Source: Eledone cirrhosa (taxonomy: Eukaryota). From it: a DNA stretch of 64,000 nt. The notes below the pieces were generated by a model that did not search any database, was not told the origin of the DNA, and saw nothing but the letters and a program-made list of their open reading frames with translations. The first letter of the stretch is position 1. Each line of letters begins with the position of its first letter. Shown here piece after piece: positions 52,428 through 64,000 of this stretch. The translations under genes were made by a program, and so were the position numbers. The stretch is from positions 30,690,001 through 30,754,000 of the forward strand of contig OZ024753.1 of NCBI GenBank assembly GCA_964016885.1, written 5' to 3'.

Positions 52428-52776
52428 TAACAGATTAAAGTTTAAGCAAAGAATCGCTGCGGGATTTTCTATTAACGGGATCTTCTGAGACGTATTATTC
52501 GTTTTTTCCCGTTCTTTGCCAGCGAACGTCACCATGAACCAAAGTAACGTCTTCCTGTCTTCCTCCGGTTGCAACGTTTTTTGAAATATCCAGTTCTGCG
52601 TTTACAGATTGACTTTGTTAGTTTCAGAAGATCCCGTTAAGGGTGAAAGCAGCGATTCTTTGCTTAAACTTTAATCTGTTATTTTAATAAATATTTGCTC
52701 TTCGGTTCTTATATATTTGATATATATTTTCCTTATCGAGCCCTCTCTGGATTTTAGTCTTCAATTTTATTATTAT

Positions 52777-52829
<53 letters not shown>

Positions 52830-52833
<4 letters not shown>

Positions 52834-53140
52834 CCTTGCAATCGAAAGGTTGTGAGTTCAATTCTCAGACCGGGTGGTGTGTTGTTTCCTTGAGCAAGAC
52901 ACTTTATTTCACATTGCTTCAGTTTCCTCAGCTGTAGAAATGAGATGATAGGGACTATCATTCCACTGCAAAATGGTCGTGGAGGTGCCACGGCAAAAAA
53001 GCACCCAGCACTCACTGTTAACGAGGTTGGTGTTAGGAAGGGCATCCAGCTGTAGAAATCAAGCCAGAATCAGTTCCCGTCCCATCCTTGCAAGCAGGGA
53101 AAAGCGGATGTGAAATGAAATGATGAAATGATGATGATGA
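52830..53140 (+). mobile_element. SINE family B, slightly 5'-truncated
   Basis: Homology to 58368-58695. Confidence 0.85.
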
Positions 53141-53194
53141 TATATATATATATAGAGATACTAGAGACTCTTAGATGCGAGTCTATATGTGAAC

Positions 53195-53286
53195 ACATAT
53201 CTGAGGAGCTTCCAATTCCAGAGTCAGGATCGATCATTAATCGATTATTCCTCGAGCTGATCAACAGTGAAACATATGTAATATGT
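53195..53286 (+). ncRNA. hammerhead ribozyme with long stem II insertion
   Basis: ACATAT-CTGAGGA-GCT..~55 nt..AGT-GAAA-CATATG-TA-ATATGT. Confidence 0.65.
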
Positions 53287-53516
53287 AATTAAATATGTAA
53301 TTATATATGATGCAACACTGATTCTTTGTTCCCTTATATATTATTATTATTATTATTATTATTACTACGGCCCTTGCCATTCTGAGTTCAAATCCCGCCG
53401 AGGTTAACTTTGCCTTTCATCCTTACAGGGTCGATAAAATAAAGTACCAGTAATACACTGGGTAATTGCTGACCTTGTGCCTAACGTAGAAACAATTATT
53501 ATTATTATTATTATTA

Positions 53517-55357
53517 CAGTTGCATTTATCTTGCTTTATGTTCATACGAATTATCACCAAGTCACAACCAGTGACCTCAAGAGACAACAAGGTCCGCCAT
53601 GTTCAAGAAAGAACATACATACTCACACATGCATCTTTAGTGTTTAGACTTGTGATGTACTTATATTGACAGAATCTTTCTTAGTATATGGGCAGTTCCC
53701 ATTAGTACTATCTTTTGTATTTCTCCTATACGCGGGTTTCCTGGGATTTGCGATAAGTAATCATTAGACCCCTTAGGTATCATTCCCAGAGCGCCCACAA
53801 CCACTGGTATTGTTTTAGTTCTCAATTTTCACATTTTTCCAATTTCTATCTCCAGGTCCTTATACTTGCTCAATTTTTCAAATGTTTTTATAGATACATT
53901 CTTGTCTATTGGAACGGACATATCAATTAGCAGGCATACCCTCTTTTTAAAGTCCTTCAATATTATATCAGGTCTATTTGCATCTATTTTTCGGTCTGTT
54001 TGGATGCTAAAGTTCCACAAGATTAAGATGTGATCTTTTTCAAGTATGGGAGGTGGTTGATGCTCCCACCAATTCTTTTGATGGGGCAGGTCAAAATGCT
54101 TACACATTATCCAATGTATGTATTGTGCAGCTCTGTCATGCCTGTTTAGGTATTCGGTTGGAGCTATAGGACTGCACATTGAAATTATATGGTCAATGGT
54201 CTCTGGTTGTTTTTTGCATACACGGCATAATGGGCTGCATCCATTTTTTATTATGTTGGCTTGGTAATTTTTTGTTGGCAGACACTGATCTTGTGCTGAT
54301 ATAATCAGTCCTTCAGTCTCCGATTTCAGTCCAGAGGATGCCAACCACTGATGGGTTAAAGTTTTGTCAACATCAGGATTGTTAGCTCGTTCTGGGTATT
54401 TTCCATACAGAGGCTTTTCTTGCCATTTCTTAGCCAGTTTCTGTAGCAGTTCTTTCTTTGCTGTTACTTTTACCTGCTTTGCTTTTTCTGTGTTTTCCAT
54501 TTCAGCAGTAAATGGGACTTCTAAAATTTGTAGTCCATTACTGTATCTTTGTGCATCTTTTGTAATGGAATATGATCTTTTGATGCTTTCATGTTTCAAA
54601 ACGAGTTTGATCATCCAATCATGTGATTCCCTTAGATATGTACATAATCCAAGTGTTGCAGTTTTCAACGCAGTGTCTAACTGGACTAACCCATGTCCTC
54701 CTTCTTTCCTAGGGAGATATATTCTATCTATATCTGCCTTAGGGTAATGCATTCTGTGCATGGTTAAGAATTTTCGAATTTTTGTATCGAGCCTACGGAT
54801 CTCTGTGCTTGACCAGTTGATGACATTGTAACTGTAAGTTACTACTGGTATGGCAAGCGTGTTTATGGCATCGATCCTATTCCTTGCATTCAATTCCGTT
54901 CTTAAGATTGCTCTTACTCTGCGGTAACATTCCTTCCTTATCTTTTCCCTCATTGTCGAGTGCTTGATTCCGTCTCCTTCACAAACACCTAAATATTTGT
55001 AAGTTTTTTCTTGATCAAGTTCTCTTATCACGTTCCCCCGATCAAGATTAATGTCTGAACTCTTCAGCAGCTTTCCTCTGGTGAACGTTGCTTTGGCGCA
55101 TTTATCTAGTCCAAACTCCATTTTAATGTCATCACTGAACTGCTCCACAGTGGATAATAGCCCTTGCAATTGTTCTTCATTTTTTGCAAATAGTTTCAGG
55201 TCATCCATGTAGAACAAGTGATTAATGGTTTTGTCATAGACTCTATATCCATGTTTTGTTTCATTGAGCATTTTACTTAATGGTATAAGTGCGATGCAGA
55301 ATAAAAGCGGTGATAAAGAGTCACCCTGAAAAATTCCACAATTAATATTAACTTCTC

Positions 55358-55360
<3 letters not shown>
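53517..55360 (-). mobile_element. R4/Dong-clade non-LTR retrotransposon, 5'-truncated
   Basis: GIFQGDSLSP, HLFYMDDLK, CRVC..ETIDHIISMC, RPDI..IDMSVP..EKLSKYKDL (REL nuclease); premature stop at 53829; flanked by (TAA)n on both sides as expected for Dong. Confidence 0.93.
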
Positions 55361-55405
<45 letters not shown>

Positions 55406-56789
55406 GTATTTTTTCCTGGGTATATTAAACTGCATCCAGTGGCAAAAGTCCAGTTTGGGAATTCAGGAGCTGTGGGGAATGTGGAGTTATCTCTTAGTTG
55501 TTATCACACCCAGTCTGCTCTGGTTCAGGTTAGTAGTACATATTAGGGCCCCATTTATGGATTAAATAACTCGTTTAGTTGAGTGGTGGCGGTAAGGTAT
55601 TATCAGCCATTGAAAAGAAAAGAAAAGATATATCTCTTAATTCAACACTGTAAATGTAGTTGGTGTTAGGAAGGGCATCCAGCTGTCAAAATCCCAGCCA
55701 AAATGTAGTTCTGTTTGAGCAAGACACAGTCCGGCCTGCTGACCAGACTTGTCTCATAATGTGAACAACCTGTCTAACCCATGCAAGTGTGGGACATGGA
55801 TGGTGATCATGATGATGATATGATGGGCTTCGGTGCAGTTTTTCTGTACCAAATTTCACTCAGAAAACCATGGCTGTAATAGTTGCCCAAGGTACCACTT
55901 GAGAGGATAAAACCTGAAACCATGAGGCTGCAAAGTGAATAATTCTTTACTAAATCACACAGTTATACTTGCATCTATTGTGATTACTTTTTCTTTCATT
56001 CTTTTTTTTCTTATTTAAGACAGTAGGATAGGAATTTAAAGAGAATTGGCTGCTATTTCTAGCAGGCAGATGGAGTGACCCTGGCTCATTAACAATTCAG
56101 TAAGTAAGCTCTGGTTACTCTGACACCTCATTTAAAGTGTAAAACTAACTAGGATATTCAACTGCTATCTGACTGTTAGCTAAGACTATAAACTGTTCTT
56201 TGAAACCAAATCTGGTAAATCTTTTATATATGTTCTGTTAGTTTTATACTTACTTAACTCTTAATGTAGCTTGAAGGAAGATATAGATATACAGCAGGCC
56301 TCTGGTGAGTGTTGCTGGATAAATAATATAGGGCAGCACATGAATGGAAATTCTTTCAAGCAATTTGGGATACACCATTGCTTTTGTTCCTCCTTCTGAC
56401 ACTAATATGTGCAATGCTTCATTGACTACTAGTTTATATATATATATATGTATATACATATATATATGTATATATGTATATATGTATATGTACATATATA
56501 TGTGTGTGTGTGTGTGTGTATAAATATATATATATATATATATATATAATAAGGACAAAGTGAAGGTGCTACATAGGAGATATATTGCTCAATCCAGGTT
56601 ACAAATGTTTCTCAAACAGCTGGCTCGTGATCAGGGATGGCACCCTCAGACCAGACTCCAAGTCTACCTGATCCTCAGATCAGTGTTAACACAACAAAAA
56701 TCACACACACACACACACATATATATATATGTACACCAACGTGGATATTCAATTCTTCACTAAACTCACTCCCTACTTTCATTTTACTG

Positions 56790-57550
56790 ACATCACATCT
56801 ATACATGGCTTTCACTGCACTTACAAGACATTCTTCTACATCCAGTTTCCTTAAGATAACAGGTCAGGGTACTTTGTCAAAAGCTTTCTTCAGGTCTACA
56901 AAAGTTAAGTTTAGCAACGTACTCTTAGCCAGGAACTTTTCTTAGCTTTAATAGCTCTATCTGCAGTACTGTACCATCACCAAGACACCTTTTGTCTGGC
57001 TGGTACCTTCCCCCAGTCACAGAACTCATCAGTAGCTTAATCCTTTAGCATTTAAACTGGTCATATCCAGCCAGAATTCTCTCACCTCTTTCTGTTAAAA
57101 CTAGTAATAACCACTCATACTGACGGTATGGTATTGTTCTCAAAATAAATAATATCAAAATCTCATAGATTCAATATCATCTGCAGTAAAGCCTTTACCT
57201 TGAAAATATAATAGTATATATAGAGTAATGCGAATGCTACCAGGTAACCGGTCAGGGTACTTTGTCAAAAGCTTTCTTCAGGTTTACAAAAGTTAAGTTT
57301 AGCAGCTTACTCTTAGCCAGGAACTTTTCTTAGCTTTAATAACTCTATATGCAGTACTGTACCATCACCAAGTCACCTTTTGTCTGGCTGGTATCTTCCT
57401 CCAGTCACAGAACTCATCAGTAGCTTAAAGCAGGTTGTTCAGTAGAAACTTCCAATAGTCCTTTATGTCATACATATTTATCTCCTCTTCCTTCTTGTCA
57501 CACACATAACAGAAATGGTGTGATATCTTTTGGTCAACATTTTGTACTAT
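56790..57550 (-). mobile_element. decayed RTE fragments interrupted by a family 1 MITE (57041-57239)
   Basis: KFLAKS..TFVDLKKAFDKVP remnants; TTAA-TCCTTTAGCATT left TIR. Confidence 0.75.
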
Positions 57551-57629
57551 AGGCTATCAGCATGATTTTATTTCATTTGAATGAAAGATGTAAAGTTTTA
57601 TAATTTGGGAACGGCTTGCAATGAATAGA

Positions 57630-57985
57630 TGTGCATGGCTTAGTGCTAAGGGTGTTGGGCTAATGATCATAATGTTGTGTTCGAATCCTAGGCTGGGTTG
57701 TGAGCAGTGCTGGATTTAGAACAAATGAGGCCCTGTGCTAGTTAAGCAGACCTAAGCACAATGGTAAATTCAGCTCTGGTAGTGAGTTGTGTTCATGATC
57801 AAACATTTCATGTTGCTCCTGTATACTCAGCTGAAAAATGAGTACCAGTAATAACTGGGGGTTTAAACCCGCGATGGACTGGCATCCTGTCCAGGGGATA
57901 AGACTCATACTCTCAGTCACTTCATGCCATGGAAAGTGGGATAAACACTAGCCCGATGAGCATCTGAGCTTGAGACAGACTTCAG
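57630..57985 (+). mobile_element. tRNA-derived SINE family C
   Basis: tRNA head, CTCAGCTGAAAAATGAGTACCAG, GCGATGGACTGGCATCCTGTCCAGGG; second copy on the minus strand at 59550-59770. Confidence 0.7.
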
Positions 57986-58134
57986 ACTTGCAATGAATAC
58001 AGAGAACACTGACTAACCGACAATCAATAGGACATAGAGGTTTGATGGTTGCTGCCACTTTCCAAGTCACTGTTCTTGTACAGCAGGTTTAGTGTTGTTA
58101 GATGTATGCTAACGGTCACATGTGAAAAGTCTCT

Positions 58135-58365
<231 letters not shown>

Positions 58366-58367
58366 GA

Positions 58368-58691
58368 GAGGCACATGGCTTAGTGGTTAGAGCATTGGCC
58401 TTGCAAACAAAAGGTTGTGAGTTCAATTCTCAGACCGGGTGATGTGTTGTTTCCTTGAGCAAGACACTTTATTTCACATTGCTCCAGTTTACTCAGCTGT
58501 AGAAATGGGACTGGGGTCCCTATCATTCCACTGCAAAGTGGTCGTGGAGGTGCCACGGCAAAAAAAAGCACCCAGCACTCACTGTAAATGAGGTTGGTGT
58601 TAGGAAGGGCATCCAGCTGTAGAAATCAAGCCAGAATCAGTTCCCGTCCCACCCTTGCAAGCAGGGAAAAAGCGGACGTAAAATGAAATGA

Positions 58692-58695
<4 letters not shown>
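58368..58695 (+). mobile_element. SINE family B, full length
   Basis: tRNA head, CORE-like and V-like domains, RTE family C tail. Confidence 0.88.
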
Positions 58696-58739
<44 letters not shown>

Positions 58740-58927
58740 CGTAAAATAAGAAAATTATAAAATTAACTTACTAAAATTTTAAATTTTATAATTTTCTTAT
58801 TTTACGTCTCTCATATTATTGTTCTGCAGCCCCATGCATTGAACCACAAAGTTACTAAGACAAAACCTATATATTTGCTAGCATAAGTATGCATCTGCGT
58901 ATATATATGTTACTAGATATACTAATT

Positions 58928-58980
<53 letters not shown>

Positions 58981-58982
<2 letters not shown>

Positions 58983-59066
58983 CAGGGTGTCCCCCAAAAA
59001 TGATTACACACTTCAACAGAATTCTAATAAATATAGCCTGTATACATTTTTTGGGGACACCCTGTA
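58981..59066. mobile_element. 86-bp Tc1/mariner-type MITE
   Basis: TA-CAGGGTGTCCCCCAAAAA ... TTTTTGGGGACACCCTG-TA. Confidence 0.75.
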
Positions 59067-59549
59067 TATATCTATAAATATATAAATATACACACAGATA
59101 TTATAGAGTTGTGCTTGTTTGGCAGGTGACTTGATTTGAGACCGCATGTAGGAACTAAAATAATTGCAATGTGGAAGAGCCATTTTAACATTTAAGAAGA
59201 CAAAAATTAAAACCAAAGAAACTGTTAACTTTACTTTTCAATACAAATACAAACATATTCATAGATAAAAATAAAATTGGGTGTTAGGTTTAAAAAATCC
59301 CATTTGTATTTGTAAAGAAATGTTTATCCTTGCAAACAAAATATACTTAACACTTCAAGTAGGTGTAAAAACAATTTTATTTAAAAAGCACGTATATTAC
59401 AAAAACAATACCCCCCCCCCCCCAAAAAAAATCCAAGAAACATTTCGTTAATTTATAGGTATCTATGTTAAAACGAAAATAGACTTTTTTTTTTTTGTTG
59501 TAAAGACGTTAGCTTAGACGAAACTTCGAAGTAAACGGTCACTAAAAGG

Positions 59550-59770
59550 TCTAAAGTCTGCCTTAAGCCAGAAGGCTCATTTGACCGGTGCTTATCCCAG
59601 CTGTATAATAAGCGACTGAGAGTACAAGACTCCCTCCTGGACGGGACGCCAGTCCATCACAGGGTTAAACCTGGTACTCATTTTCAGCTGAGTATACTGG
59701 AGCAACGTGAAATGAAGTGTTTTGTTCAAGAACACAACATGTAACCCAGGAATCGAACTCAGTCACTATA
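59550..59770 (-). mobile_element. SINE family C
   Basis: Reverse-complement homology to 57810-57960. Confidence 0.7.
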
Positions 59771-59839
59771 TATAAATATATTGACTCTATAAACAATATA
59801 TTAGTCTATGAAGAAGCGTATATATACATATATATATAT

Positions 59840-59892
<53 letters not shown>

Positions 59893-60308
59893 TATATAAA
59901 ACATGTTAAGTGTGACACTTAATAAAAAATAGTTTTTTTTAAAACAATTGACAAAATAATTACAAATAAAAAGAAAAAAATATCTTTTTTGTTGTAGTTA
60001 TTGTTTTGCCTGTGAACGAGGTTCCCATTGTTGACGAATTTCTGGAAAGGGTTATGTTGAAAACACCTTTCCTCCCGCTTCTTTTTTTGTATATACTTTT
60101 ATTTTATTTCAAATATAATAACTATAAAAGCAGTAAAGCCCTGTTTTGTCGCCATGTCCTCACTAATTTGTTTTCTTTTTTTTCCCCACTTTTCTTTCAT
60201 TTTGTTTCGTATGGTTTCGTTAAAGGCTTCAGACCCTTAGATATATTTATTCTTACTGTCGTGTGTGTGCTGCCTTGTGTTGTGAACAGCAGGCTCAACA
60301 AAGGGTAC

Positions 60309-60385
<77 letters not shown>

Positions 60386-60474
60386 TATGGTATAGATTTA
60401 TAAAATATTGAATATTAGGGCTGTTATTTTTGTAATTTCTGTTTACCTTTTACACATGTATATAACAAAGGGTG

Positions 60475-60657
60475 TATATATACATTTATATATATATATA
60501 ATATATATATATAAATATATTATAATATATATATATATATAAATATATTATAATATATATATATATATATAAATTTATATATATATATATATATTATAAT
60601 ATATTTATATATATATATATATATTATAATATATTTATATATATATATATTATAATA

Positions 60658-60696
<39 letters not shown>

Positions 60697-61706
60697 ATAT
60701 ATATATATATATTATAATATATTTATATATATATATATATATTATAATATATTTATATATATATATATATATATTATAATATATTTATATATATAAATAT
60801 ATTATAATATATTTATATATATAAATATATTATAATATATATATATATATTATAATATATTTATATATATAAATATATTATAATATATATATATATATAT
60901 AAATATATTATAATATATATATATATATATAAATATATTATAATATATATATATATATTATAATATATATATATATATATATAAATATATTATAATATAT
61001 ATATATATATATTATAATATATATATATATATATAAATATATTATAATATATATATATATATATAAATATATTATAATATATATATATATATATAAATAT
61101 ATTATAATATATATATATAAATATATTATAATATATATATATATGTATATATAAATGTATATATATATATAAATATATTATAATATATATATATATATAT
61201 ATATAAATATATTATAATATATATATATATAAATATATTATAATATATATATATAAATATATTATAATATATATATATATATATATAAATATATTATAAT
61301 ATATATATATATATAAATATATTATAATATATATATATATGTATATATAAATATATATATATATAAATATATATATATATAAATATATATATGTATATAT
61401 AAATATATGTATAATATATATAAATATATATAATATATATGTATATATAAATATATGTATAATATATATATAAATATATATATAAATATATTATAATATA
61501 TATATAAATATATTATAATATATATATAAATATATTATAATATATATATAAATATATTATAATATATATATAAATATATTATAATATATATATAAATATA
61601 TTATAATATATATATAAATATATTATAATATATATATAAATATATTATAATATATATATAAATATATTATAATATATATATAAATATATTATATATATAT
61701 ATAAAT

Positions 61707-61779
<73 letters not shown>

Positions 61780-61815
61780 AATATATATATAAATATATAT
61801 ATATAAATATATATA

Positions 61816-61901
<86 letters not shown>

Positions 61902-61981
61902 AATATATATATAAATATATATATATATAAATATAAATATATATATATATAAATATATATATATATAAATATATAAATATA

Positions 61982-62015
<34 letters not shown>

Positions 62016-62105
62016 AATATATATAAATATATATATATATATATAATATGTGTATATATATATAAATATATGTGTGTGTATATATATATATATATATATA
62101 ATATA
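60475..62105. repeat. almost pure A/T satellite
   Basis: TATAAATATATTATAATA-type units over ~1.6 kb with only a handful of G/C. Confidence 0.98.
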
Positions 62106-62549
62106 TGTGTGTATAAAGAAGCCGGTATATTCTTAATCCTTGTTCACTCCAACATCACTCCATACCATCATCGCTATTACCGCCACCCAGTACATATCAC
62201 AACCATCAAAGACAGCCTCGTCATGGTCATTCGACTAACTAAAAACAGCAGGCAGCGAAATTCCCTCAAACCGTACCCAACCATCTTGTAAAAGGAAGGG
62301 CACTTTGTATAATGTATTAAAACAGATGGGATGGTCATGAATGGGAGGCCTTTGATCACAAGTCTACTCAGTCAGTGGTGACCCGGCGCTAAACAACAAC
62401 CGTCATTATCACTAACACTATTTTTTTTCACCATCAGAACAATCAACACCACCTTTACATATCACCACCCCCACCATTACCATGAGGACGACCATCGCAC
62501 CCACAACACACCAACATTATCCATTGCAGTCCACCCTTTCATTCACCTA

Positions 62550-62985
62550 CCATCAATGTATGTATGGCGTGGGCAGGTGGTTGTTATAGTTGTCGCCTCG
62601 TATGCAGTGAGGCAGGAGAAACGAGAGCAGGCGACGATGATAACGATGATGATGGTAGAGGCATCGGCGGCGATGAAGCTGAATAACTAACGAGTCGGCG
62701 GTGTTGGCGGCGCATTGACGTTCTTTCTTGGCGTTGGTGGCGGCGAAAACGACGACGACGATGACGACGGCGCCAGTGCGGGCGCTGACGATGTTAGCTG
62801 GGCACGGGCACTCCTTCCTACTGTACAGTAGCAACATTGTTGTTGGCTGGTGCCAACCGCATCGCCGGACTTTTTGACATGTCTGCGGCTTGGTTTAGAA
62901 GCAGCGGAAAGCATTCGAGAAAGATATGTGGAAGTTACTTAAGCGCAAGTTAAAGCAGGTTCGAGGCACGACGCCGAAGTAAGTA
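62550..62985. promoter_or_regulatory. CpG-rich island, probable 5' UTR / first exon of an unidentified gene
   Basis: Dense CpG and (GAC)n/(GGC)n; candidate + strand start MWKLLKRKLKQVRGTTP at 62926 with donor AA|GTAAGT at 62979; a minus-strand donor-like GTAGGT near 62550. Confidence 0.45.
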
Positions 62986-63258
62986 CCCAACTTAAATTAA
63001 TGGCTGATCACCTTTAACACACGTGTAGAGCTGTTTCATTGTTTATGTCTATATCTACGAGGGTTTCCTCTGTCAACCTTACTGCTAACACTTATACCGT
63101 CTAATCAGATACTCATATACTATAACGTCTATTATATAATTTAATATAACATTATATGATATAGAATATGTTGTTAGTAGTGTTAACAATGTCGACCAAT
63201 CTATTCATGAGATATTTGATCGTATCTCGTATGAGACATCGATCTCCCATATTTCAGT

Positions 63259-63355
<97 letters not shown>

Positions 63356-63520
63356 TATATATAATATATATATATATATATTATCGGCAGGGTATATTTT
63401 GTTTAAAGTTTACAATATATCTTTGAAAAGAATATGTAGGAGTCGAAAAAAAATAAGTCCCTTCGTCAATAACGTCTTTAACATATTTCGGCGGATTTTA
63501 ACAATAAGCGATAATGTTAT

Positions 63521-63555
<35 letters not shown>

Positions 63556-64000
63556 AAACGTTTCTCTATATCATTTATGAAATCGTATTAGTATTGTTAC
63601 ATTATACATCTGTAAGATGTAAGGATTTTTTTAATATATATATAAGATTATATTCTTTTAATTTCAAGTAAGTTTCGCGTTCGAATGTCACAGCTGTAAG
63701 CCAAAATCTTATTGTATGTGTTTATGTGGGTGTGAGTTTATTATATTTGATGATTAGGTAGCATTATCGGCAAAACGAACCTCTGAGTCAGTGAAGGGGT
63801 CTCTTTACTAAAAGCTACCTACCTACTTACATGCACGCCCGATCACAATCTGTCTACCTAGCCAAGTCCTAATTATCGTTGTTCCATGAGATAATTTCTG
63901 GATGATCTGGTTCAAATCTCTGGCCACAAATACAGTCCATTACATCCTATTTAACAGTAAGGTTACGCTCAGTGATTTCTAAAGGCATCGCTTTCTCCCC

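Noticed and set aside
59497-59536. Hammerhead-like GACGAAACTTCGAAGTA
   Set aside because: CUGANGA half of the core is missing (GTAAAGA); too degenerate to call
62553-62914. Minus-strand ORFs in the CpG island
   Set aside because: All three frames hit stops before the candidate donor and no homology is recognisable

Overview
This is eukaryotic, AT-rich, repeat-saturated animal DNA. The SINE/RTE/microsatellite content points to an octopod cephalopod (inference). One host gene is well supported: a 3-coding-exon RMI2 (RecQ-mediated genome instability protein 2, + strand, 11218-14848, 143 aa). A CpG-rich probable promoter/first exon of another gene lies near 62.5-63.0 kb. The rest is mostly transposon debris: four RTE-clade LINE families, L1/Tx1, R4/Dong, CRE, HERO-like and Vingi-like fragments, a Penelope-like GIY-YIG element, several tRNA-derived SINE families, piggyBac- and mariner-type MITEs, and long (TA)n-based arrays. 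Highlights: (1) a parvovirus/densovirus NS1 helicase C-terminus fused in frame to the RT of a Tx1/L1 LINE, followed by polyA signals, hairpins and an RTE tail, all on one strand, which is a probable template-switch virus-LINE chimera; (2) about eight different Penelope-type hammerhead ribozyme motifs, several inside fold-back elements that copy the 5' inversion architecture of the long Penelope copy; (3) visible 3'-end module swapping between LINEs and SINEs; (4) two TTAA MITEs flanked by 110-185 bp duplications. Most long ORFs in the track are microsatellite artefacts. All family assignments come from motif recognition, not database searches.
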